Origin: Longimicrobiales bacterium
GTDB lineage: Bacteria > Gemmatimonadota > Gemmatimonadetes > Longimicrobiales > RSA9
Direction: 5' to 3'
Length of the DNA: 64,000 nucleotides
Assembly (NCBI GenBank): GCA_036377735.1
Contig: DASUXU010000128.1
Location: 1,851-65,850 of the forward strand
The notes beneath the pieces were generated by a model that saw only the letters and a list, made by a program, of their open reading frames with translations, had not been told where the DNA came from and did not search any database. Both the position numbers and the translations under genes were made by a program. Positions 36,345-45,861 of this stretch are shown in pieces. Every line of letters starts with the position of its first letter. Within the stretch, counting starts at the first letter, position 1.

Positions 36345-37498
36345 GGACGCGCACGATTGCCGCGCTGCTATTCACGATCACCATTCCCGGAGCAGTCATG
36401 GCGCAGGAATCCCGGCCGCGCGCGCGGGACGCGGGCGTCGTCGTCGGTGTGTATGAGCCCGGCGCGCTCAACGCCATCACGGACGTCGCCGGCGTCCGCG
36501 TGGGGCACACCACGATCCATCGCGGCGACAGCATCCACACCGGCATCACCGCGATCCTGCCACCGGGCGACGACTGGTTCCGCGAGCGCGTTCCTGCTTC
36601 CATCGTAGTCGGCAACGGCTTCGGCAAGCTGCTCGGCTCGACGCAGGTGAACGAGCTGGGGGAGCTCGAGACGCCGATCCTCCTGACGTGCACGCTCTGC
36701 GTGTGGCGCGCGGCCGATGCAATGGTCTCCTGGCTCATCGCCCGGCCCGGCATGCAGGATGTCCGCTCCATCAATCCCGTCGTCGGCGAAACCAATGATG
36801 GTGGTCTCAACGACATCCGCAGCCGGCCTGTCACGCCGGACGATGTCGTGCACGCGCTCGAGAGCGCTGCGGCCGGGGCGGTCGAAGAAGGCGCTGTCGG
36901 TGCGGGTGCAGGAACCGTTGCGTTCGGTTACAAGGGCGGGATCGGCACGGCGTCGCGCGTGCTGCCCGCAAACTCGGGCGGTTATACGGTCGGCGTGCTG
37001 GTACAGACGAATTACGGCGGTGTCCTCACGATCAACGGCGCGCCGGTGGGTCGTGAGCTGCGTGCGCAGCAACAGCAGCAGCAGCGCGGCGGCTTCGAGC
37101 TCGCGTCCGTGTTCGGCCCACAGGACGGCAGCTGCATGATCGTGGTGGCTACGGACGCGCCGGTGAGCCAGGCAATGCTGCAGCGCATCGCGAACCGCGC
37201 GCTCGCAGGCATGGCGCGCACCGGCTCGTCGTTCAGCAACGGCTCGGGCGACTACGTCATCGCATTCTCGACCGCCGAGTCCGTGCGCCGACGGGATTCC
37301 CGCACGCCGCGCAGCACTACCGACCTGCCGAACGACGCCGCATCACCACTCTTCCAGGCAGTCATCGAGGCGACGGAGGAAGCGATCTACAACTCTCTGT
37401 TCAAGGCGACGGACACGAAGGGCAGCCGGACGACCGTGCGGGCACTGCCGATCGCGGAGACTAAGGAAATACTCCGGCGCTACAACGCCATCCGCTGA
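36341..37498 (+). CDS. P1/S58 family peptidase (DmpA-like L-aminopeptidase/D-esterase), secreted
   Basis: The start overlaps the upstream stop (ATGA) and a signal peptide is present. NAITDVAGVRVGH, GETNDG and GAGTVAFGYKGGIGTAS are family motifs. Confidence 0.8.
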   Translation: MRTRTIAALLFTITIPGAVMAQESRPRARDAGVVVGVYEPGALNAITDVAGVRVGHTTIHRGDSIHTGITAILPPGDDWFRERVPASIVVGNGFGKLLGSTQVNELGELETPILLTCTLCVWRAADAMVSWLIARPGMQDVRSINPVVGETNDGGLNDIRSRPVTPDDVVHALESAAAGAVEEGAVGAGAGTVAFGYKGGIGTASRVLPANSGGYTVGVLVQTNYGGVLTINGAPVGRELRAQQQQQQRGGFELASVFGPQDGSCMIVVATDAPVSQAMLQRIANRALAGMARTGSSFSNGSGDYVIAFSTAESVRRRDSRTPRSTTDLPNDAASPLFQAVIEATEEAIYNSLFKATDTKGSRTTVRALPIAETKEILRRYNAIR

Positions 37499-38716
37499 TC
37501 AGGCGGTGCGCGCGGCGCGGTCCACGACCGCGTCGGGGTCGAGCTCTTCCGTGAGGAAACGATCGATCTCCTCCGCCTTCCGCTCCGCATCCTCCTCGCC
37601 GAGTGCAATCAGCTTGTTCAGATATTCCGGCTCGAACAGCAGCATGGACAGCACGTCCGGGCTCTTCTGCTCGTCCGTACCGAGGCCGCGCACCATGAAG
37701 CGGAACGCGCGCGGCAGGCTGCCCTCATAGCCTTTTGCGAGCGCGCCGAGGTCCTTTGTCGGCCGGACGTTGAGGAAGCTGATCGGTCGCATCCCGTCAC
37801 GCTTGTCGACCGGCAGCTTCTCGAGTGCGCGGTTCATCGTCTCCAGGCGCATCGAGTCCTGATCGATCAGGTCGAGGAAAACCGCATTGAGCAGCACGCC
37901 CAGCACCTGTGCGGGCGGCGGGTAACCGCTCACGGTCGCAACACCTGATTCCTCGCGCGTGCGCTCGTAGCGCGTCGAGATCGCGAGGATGCGGTCGGCA
38001 CCGAGATGCAGTGCAGGCGACAGCGGCGCCGCCAGGCGGATACCGCCGTCGCCATACCACTCGTTGCCGATGCGGACGGCGGGGAAAAATATCGGGAGTG
38101 CCGCGGACGCCATGATGTGGTCGATCATGATCGGCCCCATCTCGGTCCGGCGCTGCGGCCGCGTCCACGGCTTGATCTGATTCCCCTTGAGCCACACCAC
38201 GGTCTGTCCCGTCGTATAGGACGTCGTGATGATCGCGACCGCGCGCAGCTTGCCCTTGATCAGGTTGTAGTCGATTCCCGTCAGCTCGCCATTCACCGGC
38301 GCGAGCGATTCCTCGAGCATGGTGCGGAGCGGTGCAGTGTCGAGGAAGCCGCGCGGCCGCGGCCCGGCCATCAGGCCGCCGCTCAACAGCCGGCCGCCCC
38401 AGCGCACCACGTTCCACACGAGCGAGGACACGTCCACATCGAACACCTGTGCCGTAGTCAGCTCGCTCCACAGGTGCCGCATCTCCTCCACGGCCTGTGC
38501 GAACGTACCCGGATGCGACGCCAGCTTCGCAGTGTTGACCGCACCGGCCGACACACCGGTAATGATCGGTACCTGCAGGTCCGGGTAGTTGCGCGCGATC
38601 CAGCGCAGCACGCCGACCTGGTAGGCACCGCGCGCGCCGCCGCCTGTCAGCACCAGGCCCAGGTCGAACGCGCTCGGAAGGACTGCAGGCGTATCGATCG
38701 GTTTCGTCATTGGCAT
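37499..38716 (-). CDS. Patatin-like phospholipase
   Basis: LVLTGGGARGAYQVGVL and GVSAGAVN (GxSxG) are present. The catalytic Asp region is DGGIRLAAP. Confidence 0.85.
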   Translation of the reverse strand: MPMTKPIDTPAVLPSAFDLGLVLTGGGARGAYQVGVLRWIARNYPDLQVPIITGVSAGAVNTAKLASHPGTFAQAVEEMRHLWSELTTAQVFDVDVSSLVWNVVRWGGRLLSGGLMAGPRPRGFLDTAPLRTMLEESLAPVNGELTGIDYNLIKGKLRAVAIITTSYTTGQTVVWLKGNQIKPWTRPQRRTEMGPIMIDHIMASAALPIFFPAVRIGNEWYGDGGIRLAAPLSPALHLGADRILAISTRYERTREESGVATVSGYPPPAQVLGVLLNAVFLDLIDQDSMRLETMNRALEKLPVDKRDGMRPISFLNVRPTKDLGALAKGYEGSLPRAFRFMVRGLGTDEQKSPDVLSMLLFEPEYLNKLIALGEEDAERKAEEIDRFLTEELDPDAVVDRAARTA

Positions 38717-38759
38717 TACGCTAGTCGCGCGGGCTGCCGTACGCCAGCACGGTGTCGCG

Positions 38760-41243
38760 TCACTCGGGCTTGAGGTCCCGCGGACTCAGGACCACCATCC
38801 TGGTGCTGCGCTTCGCCGTCCGTTGTGTCGTGAGATCCAGGACGGTCACTGTGATCGTGTAGCTGCCATAGTCGAGCTCGCTGCCGATAGACCGGATCTG
38901 CTGTACGCCATACACCGGGTCGGACGACGACGCGGCGTCGTCGAATGTCAGGTCGATATTGGACTTCTTTCCGAGTACGAGCGTCTTTATTGCACCCGTA
39001 ATCCCTTTGCGCGGCTCGGGTGTCACGGTGATCGTGGTACGGAACGGACTGGAAGGCGGCATGTTGTAGATTTCGTAGAACAGCTTGAACGACTTGTTCC
39101 TCTCGATCTGGTGTGTTGGAATCGGATTGATTGCAATACCGCCCCGCTGCCAGCGACCCGCACCGTCTTCACCAACAACGAGATCGCTCAGCATGAGGCT
39201 GTCTCCGTCGAACGCCGGGATCGCACGGGTCCCTGACCGGATGTCACCTTCGCCCGGGGTCGTCACGTTTTCAACCACAATGCTGTAGTTCGCGACCTCC
39301 GCCGGCGTCGCTGCGAAATCGAGTGTGGCGCGGAAATACCTGTCCTCACCAACAACCTGGTCCGCGCGGAATATGGGTGTATCCCTGCGGTCCTGGACTT
39401 TGCCGGTAATCGAGTCCAGCAGGATCACGGACAACGACAGCGGGAAGACATGCACGCCGTCCCGGAGCAGCGGTGTGAAGCGCCGTCCGGGAATGAGTAC
39501 AGCCGCCATGAGCGCGGCCGAGTCCGCATTCCCGCGGAATGCATAGAGCTGCGTGATTGCCCGGAGCGGCGCTTCATAGCGTTTGCGCGCATCGTCCGCG
39601 CGGAGGCCCCGGCGCGCGACTTCCTCATCTCGGTGCGCCCACTCCTTTGCGTCCACCATCAGCGCATCGACAGCACCTCCCGTCTTGCCGTCCAGGCCGA
39701 AAAGACGGATCCGGGCCGCATCGACCAGGGTCGGCGAGCGGCCTGACCGGCCGAGCACCATGTCGACGTCGTTGAGCGCCATCTCGCATTTCAGAGCCAG
39801 TGCATTGATCCTGGCATCATATCTGGCCCGCGCCTGGAGATACGTCATATACCGTGACGCCGCACCGATTCCACCGCCCGAGAGGGGGGTGGGATCGTTC
39901 GCAACGCGTTTCGAAGACCGGTGGCGGTCCAGCTCGGACGTACCTGTCTTGATGAAGAACGGATCGCACTCCTCGAGCGGCCCCAGCGCCCACTCCGAGC
40001 TGCCCTTGTACTTGTGGAAGTGGTACATCTCGAACTGGCCATCGCGCAGGTACACCCACGTCTCGTTCTGTGGCGGCGTCACGTCGCCAGCCGGCGTGGT
40101 GATGACATCGAACGGCTTGCCCAGGCGGATGTAGAGGATGCCGCGGTCGTCGAGCGGCAGACTAAGGTCCTTCTCGATCAGGAAAGCCGCACCCGCATTC
40201 TGGCCGAACGATCCAAGCCTCTGGTAATTCACGTTGGCATGGCGAACGCGTACGAAATGCTCGCGGAGACGCTCCCCAACCGTGCGGGCGGACTTCGCAG
40301 CCGATCGCTGCCAGAAGCTGGACAGCCACACCGCCCTTTCCGCCGGGCTCATATCCTGCCACCGCTCACGCTCGTCGGACAGCAGCAGCGGCATGACGTC
40401 CGCATAGTACGCGGATGCCAGCGTCGTATCGGCGAACGCATCCGCCGTAATCCCGCTCATGTATGCACTGCCGCCCGCCTCCATCTCACTCGCTCGCGCC
40501 AGCAGTGCTACGGCCAATGCGCGCTGCGCGCTGCCGTCCGGGTTGAGGGCGACGGCCGCACGCGCCGCAGCAGCGGCGGCTTCCTGGTCACCGAACAGGA
40601 GCTCGAGCTCCGAGAGCTGCGCATACACCTCCGGCGACCGGAGACCCATACCGACCGCGTGCCGAAGTGCGGCGGCTGCAACGGCGATGTCATCCTGGGA
40701 TTTCGATGCGATAGCGATACGGCCAATCTCCATCACTGCCGGCTGGAATGCAGGATTGACCGAGAGCGCCGTGCGGAGCGACCGGAGTGCCTGAGAGACG
40801 GGATCGGTTCCGATTACATTGGCGAGTGAGTGTACAAGTGCGAATCCGGGAATGAAACGGGCGCCCCGCTCTGCGAAGCCCGGGCTGCGTACGATCGTCC
40901 ACGCATGGCCGTAGTTGGCCCACACATCGCCTGCGTCGATTTCGCGTGCCCGATCGAATGCCTTCTGCGCCGCCTTCCGCACCGCGTCATTGTCGGTGAG
41001 CTCGAACAGCCTCATGAGTGCGAGGCCGTAGCGAAGGTGCGCGCCCAGTGGCGCATCCCGCTCCGGGGCGGCGCCCGCCACCTGTCGCAACTCCGTCGTG
41101 TCCGCGACTGCGGCCAGGGAGTCGGCATAGGGTGTGAGACTGCGACCCGTGTCCTGCGCCGCCTGAGCGCAGACTGGTGAAGGCGCAGCGGACGCGCCAA
41201 GGAGTGCGCTGATTGCAGCAATCGCAACACCCCCGTATCTCAT
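38760..41243 (-). CDS. GWxTD-domain family protein with TPR-like N-terminal region (paralogue 1), secreted
   Basis: A signal peptide is present. The core is FWQRS...VRVRHANVNY...DDRGILYIRLGKP...ETWVY. The C-terminal region is paralogous to 46792..49014 (FKLFYEIYNMP vs FRIFYELYNMP). Confidence 0.65.
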   Translation of the reverse strand: MRYGGVAIAAISALLGASAAPSPVCAQAAQDTGRSLTPYADSLAAVADTTELRQVAGAAPERDAPLGAHLRYGLALMRLFELTDNDAVRKAAQKAFDRAREIDAGDVWANYGHAWTIVRSPGFAERGARFIPGFALVHSLANVIGTDPVSQALRSLRTALSVNPAFQPAVMEIGRIAIASKSQDDIAVAAAALRHAVGMGLRSPEVYAQLSELELLFGDQEAAAAAARAAVALNPDGSAQRALAVALLARASEMEAGGSAYMSGITADAFADTTLASAYYADVMPLLLSDERERWQDMSPAERAVWLSSFWQRSAAKSARTVGERLREHFVRVRHANVNYQRLGSFGQNAGAAFLIEKDLSLPLDDRGILYIRLGKPFDVITTPAGDVTPPQNETWVYLRDGQFEMYHFHKYKGSSEWALGPLEECDPFFIKTGTSELDRHRSSKRVANDPTPLSGGGIGAASRYMTYLQARARYDARINALALKCEMALNDVDMVLGRSGRSPTLVDAARIRLFGLDGKTGGAVDALMVDAKEWAHRDEEVARRGLRADDARKRYEAPLRAITQLYAFRGNADSAALMAAVLIPGRRFTPLLRDGVHVFPLSLSVILLDSITGKVQDRRDTPIFRADQVVGEDRYFRATLDFAATPAEVANYSIVVENVTTPGEGDIRSGTRAIPAFDGDSLMLSDLVVGEDGAGRWQRGGIAINPIPTHQIERNKSFKLFYEIYNMPPSSPFRTTITVTPEPRKGITGAIKTLVLGKKSNIDLTFDDAASSSDPVYGVQQIRSIGSELDYGSYTITVTVLDLTTQRTAKRSTRMVVLSPRDLKPE

Positions 41244-41252
41244 TCCGCCTCC

Positions 41253-42524
41253 TCAGTTCCTGAGAATCGGTCGCAGCACGTCGAGCCTCCCGTCCGCCGC
41301 CGGGCTGGGCACAATGCGCAGCAGCTCGGCGAGCAGCGGATATACGTGAACGTTCTCGAATGCTTCAATGCGCACACCGGGTCTGATACGGGGCCCTGCA
41401 GCCACGAATATTCCCTGCATCCCCTGCACTTCGGGCGGGTAGCCGTGCGCCCCGGGCAGCCCGCTCCGCGAGCGGGTATCCACGTACCATCCGGGCTCCG
41501 CGACGATGATCACGTCACCACTGCGCGGGGTGTCGTAGTGCCATGCGGCCGGCAGCTCCGAGCGCAGGTAGACGCGCGCGTGCGGCATGCGCTCGAGGTC
41601 GGCGCGGGCACGACGGATCCGGGCGCTGTCGCCATGAAACCAGAGCGATGCAACGGGGCCGGTGGTGATCGTCACACCGGCTGTATCGGTGTATTCCGGG
41701 ATGACGACCTTGTTCGGCGCGTTGACCATCCCGTGATCCGAGACGACCACGATCGAAACACTGTCCGTCGCAGGCTGCGCTGCAGCCATGCCCGCTATCA
41801 CCCCGAGTAGCGAGTCCGCGCGTGCGATCGCGCGATCGGTCTCGGGTGAGTCCGGCCCGCTGCGGTGGCTCACAGCGTCCACCTCCGCGAAATAGATCGC
41901 AACGAGATGCGGCCGGGTTTCCGGCGGCCGGCGGAGCAGCTCACCGAGCGCGCGCAGGCGGGTGCTGTCCGCAGTATCCTCGTCGTAGTTCCAAACCGTG
42001 GTGGCGCGAATGCCGCCCACGGGGGCCTCGGACCCCACCCAGAAGAATGTTGCGCTCACCATGCCCTGCTTCTCGGCGGTGTTCCAGATCGGCTCGCCGA
42101 AATAGAAGCGAGCGTCGCGTACCTTCGTCGAGTCCGTGTAGACGTAGAACGCGTCGATATCCGGCGCGAGGAATCGGTTGTTCGCGATGCCGTTCCGGTC
42201 CGCATACATGCCGGTGGCAATACTGTAGTGGTTCGGGAACGTGGTGGACGGGAAGATCGGGATCAGCCCCTGCGCGCGTACACCGCTGCGGGCCAGCCGT
42301 TCGAGATTTGGCGTGATACCCCGGTCCAGATAGTCGTAGCGCATGCCGTCGAAGGAGATCAGGATCACGGTCGGTTTCGACCGCACGGCCGCCGCGTTGA
42401 CGCCGCCGCTCGCGTGGGCGATCCTGACGGCCGAGCCGTCCCGCGCCTGGCCGGCCGGGCTCCGCCCCGCGCACGCAGTCAGTGTCGCGACGGCAAGTGC
42501 AGCAACGAGGAGAAGCGTCGCCAT
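41253..42524 (-). CDS. Ectonucleotide pyrophosphatase/phosphodiesterase (alkaline phosphatase superfamily) lipoprotein
   Basis: ORF 41253..42707(-). ATG 42524 gives MATLLLVAALAVATLTAC. VILISFDGMRYDY, FPSTTFPNHYSIATG and VVSDHGM are family motifs. Confidence 0.85.
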   Translation of the reverse strand: MATLLLVAALAVATLTACAGRSPAGQARDGSAVRIAHASGGVNAAAVRSKPTVILISFDGMRYDYLDRGITPNLERLARSGVRAQGLIPIFPSTTFPNHYSIATGMYADRNGIANNRFLAPDIDAFYVYTDSTKVRDARFYFGEPIWNTAEKQGMVSATFFWVGSEAPVGGIRATTVWNYDEDTADSTRLRALGELLRRPPETRPHLVAIYFAEVDAVSHRSGPDSPETDRAIARADSLLGVIAGMAAAQPATDSVSIVVVSDHGMVNAPNKVVIPEYTDTAGVTITTGPVASLWFHGDSARIRRARADLERMPHARVYLRSELPAAWHYDTPRSGDVIIVAEPGWYVDTRSRSGLPGAHGYPPEVQGMQGIFVAAGPRIRPGVRIEAFENVHVYPLLAELLRIVPSPAADGRLDVLRPILRN

Positions 42525-43116
42525 GTCGGAAATCGAGCTGCTGTTCGCAGGTGCCTTCGGCCCCGTGCTGATCTTCTGCCTGCGCATTGTCGACGTTTCC
42601 CTTTCCACCGTTCGCATCCTGCTGGCCGTCCGCGGCCAGCGTCTGCTGGTCCCGCTCATCGGCATGTTCGAGGTCATGGTCTGGCTGTTCGCCGCGGGCA
42701 ACGCCATGCAACATCTGGACAGTCCCCTGCACCTCGTCGGTTATGCGACGGGTTTCGGTACCGGGAGCCTGGTCGGTCTGTGGATCGAGGAGAAGCTCGC
42801 CATTGGATACGCCACGGTCCGGGTGATCACGACGCAGATCGGCATCGAGATGGCCGAGGGGCTCCGTACGCAGGGTTACGGCGTCACCGAGTTCGCCGCG
42901 CGCGGGCGGCAGGGTCCCGTAGAAGTGATCTACCTCGTGGTGCCACGCCGCGAGATCGAGCGCGTCCTGCGCGAAGTGGACCGCTGGGATCCCACGGCGT
43001 TCGTAACGGTGGAACAGCCGCGCGACATCCGGTGGGGCTGGATGCACTCCACGCCCCGCCGCCGTCTCTCCGCATCGATCCAGCTTTCTCCGTTCCGCCG
43101 CGGCGGCGAGCGCTGA
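42523..43116 (+). CDS. UPF0316/DUF2179 membrane protein
   Basis: ORF 42343..43116(+). ATG 42523 gives MSEIELLFAGAFGPVLIFCLRIVDVSLSTVRILLAVRG. The C-terminal DUF2179 part is GVTEFAARGRQGP. Confidence 0.8.
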   Translation: MSEIELLFAGAFGPVLIFCLRIVDVSLSTVRILLAVRGQRLLVPLIGMFEVMVWLFAAGNAMQHLDSPLHLVGYATGFGTGSLVGLWIEEKLAIGYATVRVITTQIGIEMAEGLRTQGYGVTEFAARGRQGPVEVIYLVVPRREIERVLREVDRWDPTAFVTVEQPRDIRWGWMHSTPRRRLSASIQLSPFRRGGER

Positions 43117-44706
43117 TCAGTCGAGGTTGGCCTGCCGCACGTCGATGATCTCCGGCAGTGCACGCAGTCTTCTCAGCACGACCTCGTCCATCGTACCGTC
43201 CACACTGATCGCCGCGAGCGCCTCACCACCCGCCTGGAGCCTCGCCTGATGGTACTCGGCGATGTTGATGCCTGCTTCGCCCAGCAGCGTGCCGACCCGG
43301 CCGATAACGCCCGGGACGTCGCGATTGCGCAGCACGACCAGTGAGCCTTCCGCCCGCACTACCACACGGAACCGGTTGATGCGCACCAGGCGCGCATGCC
43401 GGCCGGCCACGACCGCGCCCGCGATACGCACCTCGTCGCCGTCACAGCGCAGTCGCACATCCAGGAACTCTTCATCCGACCCGTGTGCCGCGACGCCCGC
43501 ACGTTCCACGTCGATGCCACGCAGCTCTGCGATGTGCATTGCGTTGACGGTATTGATTCCGCTCGCGCCGACGGCGCCACGCAGCGCGCCGGCGATGGCT
43601 GCCGCTGCGAGCGGCTTGACGAACTGTTCATCCGGTCCCGCATAACGCACCGTCACGCCGGCGAGAGGTCCGTCGATGAGTGCGGCGCCCAGCCGGCCGA
43701 GCTTTTCGGCGAGCTCGACGAGCGGTCGCAGGCGCCGCATGGCGTCGCCGCCGATCGCGGGTGCATTCACCGCGCTCGTCAGATCACCATCGAGCAGTGC
43801 AGCTCGGACAGCGGCCGCGATCTCGACCGCGACGTTCTGCTGTGCCTCCTTCGTAGACGCACCGACGTGCGGAGTCAGCACGACATTCGGGGCGCTGCGC
43901 AGCGGATGGTCCGCGGGCAGCGGCTCCGCCGAGAAGACGTCGAGCGCGGCTCCGCCGAGGTGGCCGCTCTCGAGCGCGCGCAGCAGCGCCGCTTCATCGA
44001 CTACACCGCCGCGCGCGGCATTGATGACGAGCGCGCCCTTGCGCAGCAGTGCGAGCTGCGCGTCGCCGATCATGCCGGCAGTCTGTTCGGTGAGCGGTGT
44101 ATGCAGCGAGATCACGTCTGCAGCGCGCAGCACGCCGTCGAGCGTGTCCAGCTCGATGCCGAGCGACTGGGCGCGTTCCGCGTTCAGGAACGGATCGAAT
44201 GCGACGACCCGCATACCGAACGCCTTTGCCCTCCGCGCGACTTCTCCGCCTATGCGCCCCGCGCCTATCAGGCCGAGCGTCTTCCCGGAGAGCTCCATGC
44301 CCGTAAAGCTTTTGCGGTCCCACTCGCCGCTCTTCATCGAGCGGTCCGCCGCCGTGATCCGGCGAGCGACAGCGAGCAGCAGCGCGAACGCCAGCTCCGC
44401 TGCGGAGATCGTGTTGCCGGACGGCGCATTCAGCACGGCTATGCCACGCTCCGTTGCCGCCGCGACATCGATGTTGTCGACACCCACGCCCGCGCGGCCG
44501 ATGACCCGCAGCGTGTCCGCGCGGGAGAGTGACTCGCGCGTGATTGTCGTGGAGCTGCGCACGATCACCGCATCCATCCCCTCGATGCTGCGCGCCAGAT
44601 CGTCGCCCTTGAGGCCCGGCCGCTCCACCAGCTCGAAGCGGTCGTCCGCGGACAGGGGCTCGAGCGCGCTTGCCGGAATCACATCCGCGATCAGGACCTT
44701 GAACAC
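43117..44706 (-). CDS. serA: D-3-phosphoglycerate dehydrogenase with ACT domain
   Basis: GTG 44706 ((M)FKVLIADV) avoids overlap with the upstream gene. GLIGAGRIGGEVA and RGGVVDE are present, followed by a C-terminal ACT-like region. Confidence 0.9.
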   Translation of the reverse strand: MFKVLIADVIPASALEPLSADDRFELVERPGLKGDDLARSIEGMDAVIVRSSTTITRESLSRADTLRVIGRAGVGVDNIDVAAATERGIAVLNAPSGNTISAAELAFALLLAVARRITAADRSMKSGEWDRKSFTGMELSGKTLGLIGAGRIGGEVARRAKAFGMRVVAFDPFLNAERAQSLGIELDTLDGVLRAADVISLHTPLTEQTAGMIGDAQLALLRKGALVINAARGGVVDEAALLRALESGHLGGAALDVFSAEPLPADHPLRSAPNVVLTPHVGASTKEAQQNVAVEIAAAVRAALLDGDLTSAVNAPAIGGDAMRRLRPLVELAEKLGRLGAALIDGPLAGVTVRYAGPDEQFVKPLAAAAIAGALRGAVGASGINTVNAMHIAELRGIDVERAGVAAHGSDEEFLDVRLRCDGDEVRIAGAVVAGRHARLVRINRFRVVVRAEGSLVVLRNRDVPGVIGRVGTLLGEAGINIAEYHQARLQAGGEALAAISVDGTMDEVVLRRLRALPEIIDVRQANLD

Positions 44707-44713
44707 GCTGGTC

Positions 44714-45859
44714 TCAGCGCGCGGCGGGACGGCGGCGCCTGCCGGCAAACACGCCGGTCAGTACCGCGAGCAGCTTCTCCAGGCGATCCGGCGTGTGGTC
44801 ACCCATGTGACCGATGCGGAACGTCGCCTCCTTCATGGCCCCATACCCCGTGGCAATCGTGAAGCCTTTCTCGCGTACCGCTGCGGCGACCTTCGGACCA
44901 CTCCAGTCCTCCGGCACGCGGATGCATGTCACTGTCGGTGAGCGGTAGCTCTCCGGCGCGAGAATCTGCAGCGCGACACCGCGGTCTTCGCGCATTTCCA
45001 TAACCCATTCCACGACGCGGCGCGCCATCATCTCGTGGCGCTCGAACCGTGCATCGAGGCCCTCGCGCTCGATGTCCTCGAGCTGCGCGGCCAGTGCGTA
45101 AAGCATCGAAACGGCCGGTGTGTTGGGTGTCTGGTTCTTCAGGATGTTGCGCTCGAACTCGAGGAAGTCGAAATACACACCGCGGTCGCTCTTGCTCTGC
45201 GCGCGGTCCAGGATGTGACGCTGCGCGACGCACATTGCGAGCCCCGGCGGCAGCGCGAACGCCTTCTGTGACCCGGTGAGCACCACGTCCACGCCCCACT
45301 CGTCCGTGCGGAACTCGGCACCGCCCATGCCGCTCACACTGTCCACGAGCAGCACGACCTCGCCTGCGCGCTGCGTTACGTCCGCAAGCTCACGGATCGG
45401 ATTGAGCACCCCCGTCGACGTCTCGGAGTGCACCACGGTTACGGCGTCGTAGATCCCGCGCGACAGCGCGTTCTGCAGCATTTCCGGCGTGTGCGGCTTG
45501 CCCCATTCGACCTCGAGCGCATCGGCCTGAAGTCCGGTGGCGCGCGCGATCTGGAAGAAGCGGTCACTGAACGCGCCGTTCACGAGGGACAGCACCCTGC
45601 GACGCGCGCCGTTGCGCAGGGCCCCTTCCATCAATCCGGTAGCGGAGGATGCAGAGATGTAGACCGGCCGCTCGGTCTGGAAGACCATCTGCAGCCGCGG
45701 CTGGATGCTGCCGATCAGCTCCTCCATCTCGACGACGCGATGTCCCATCATCGGCTGCATCATCGCCTGCAGAATCGCTGGCCTGACCTCGGTCGGGCCG
45801 GGCAGGAAGAACGTGCCGAATACCGGCTTCCGCGAGCGTGCGGTTTTCGTGGCTGCCAT
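44714..45859 (-). CDS. Class V aminotransferase (serine-pyruvate / phosphoserine aminotransferase type)
   Basis: FLPGPTEV, VHSETSTGVLNP and VLTGSQKAFALPPGL (PLP lysine) are present. It sits between the serB-like gene and serA. Confidence 0.8.
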   Translation of the reverse strand: MAATKTARSRKPVFGTFFLPGPTEVRPAILQAMMQPMMGHRVVEMEELIGSIQPRLQMVFQTERPVYISASSATGLMEGALRNGARRRVLSLVNGAFSDRFFQIARATGLQADALEVEWGKPHTPEMLQNALSRGIYDAVTVVHSETSTGVLNPIRELADVTQRAGEVVLLVDSVSGMGGAEFRTDEWGVDVVLTGSQKAFALPPGLAMCVAQRHILDRAQSKSDRGVYFDFLEFERNILKNQTPNTPAVSMLYALAAQLEDIEREGLDARFERHEMMARRVVEWVMEMREDRGVALQILAPESYRSPTVTCIRVPEDWSGPKVAAAVREKGFTIATGYGAMKEATFRIGHMGDHTPDRLEKLLAVLTGVFAGRRRRPAAR

Positions 45860-45861
45860 GT

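Noticed and set aside
37067-37084. CAG/CAA trinucleotide run (poly-Gln, QQQQQQ) inside the DmpA-like gene
   Set aside because: It is a short in-frame low-complexity tract within a loop-like region of an otherwise intact ORF. There is no evidence of instability from the sequence alone.
37499-38716. Patatin-like phospholipase as a CBASS or other defence effector
   Set aside because: No adjacent cyclase/CD-NTase, sensor or other defence genes are present. The neighbours are peptidase and housekeeping genes, so it looks like a stand-alone RssA-type patatin.
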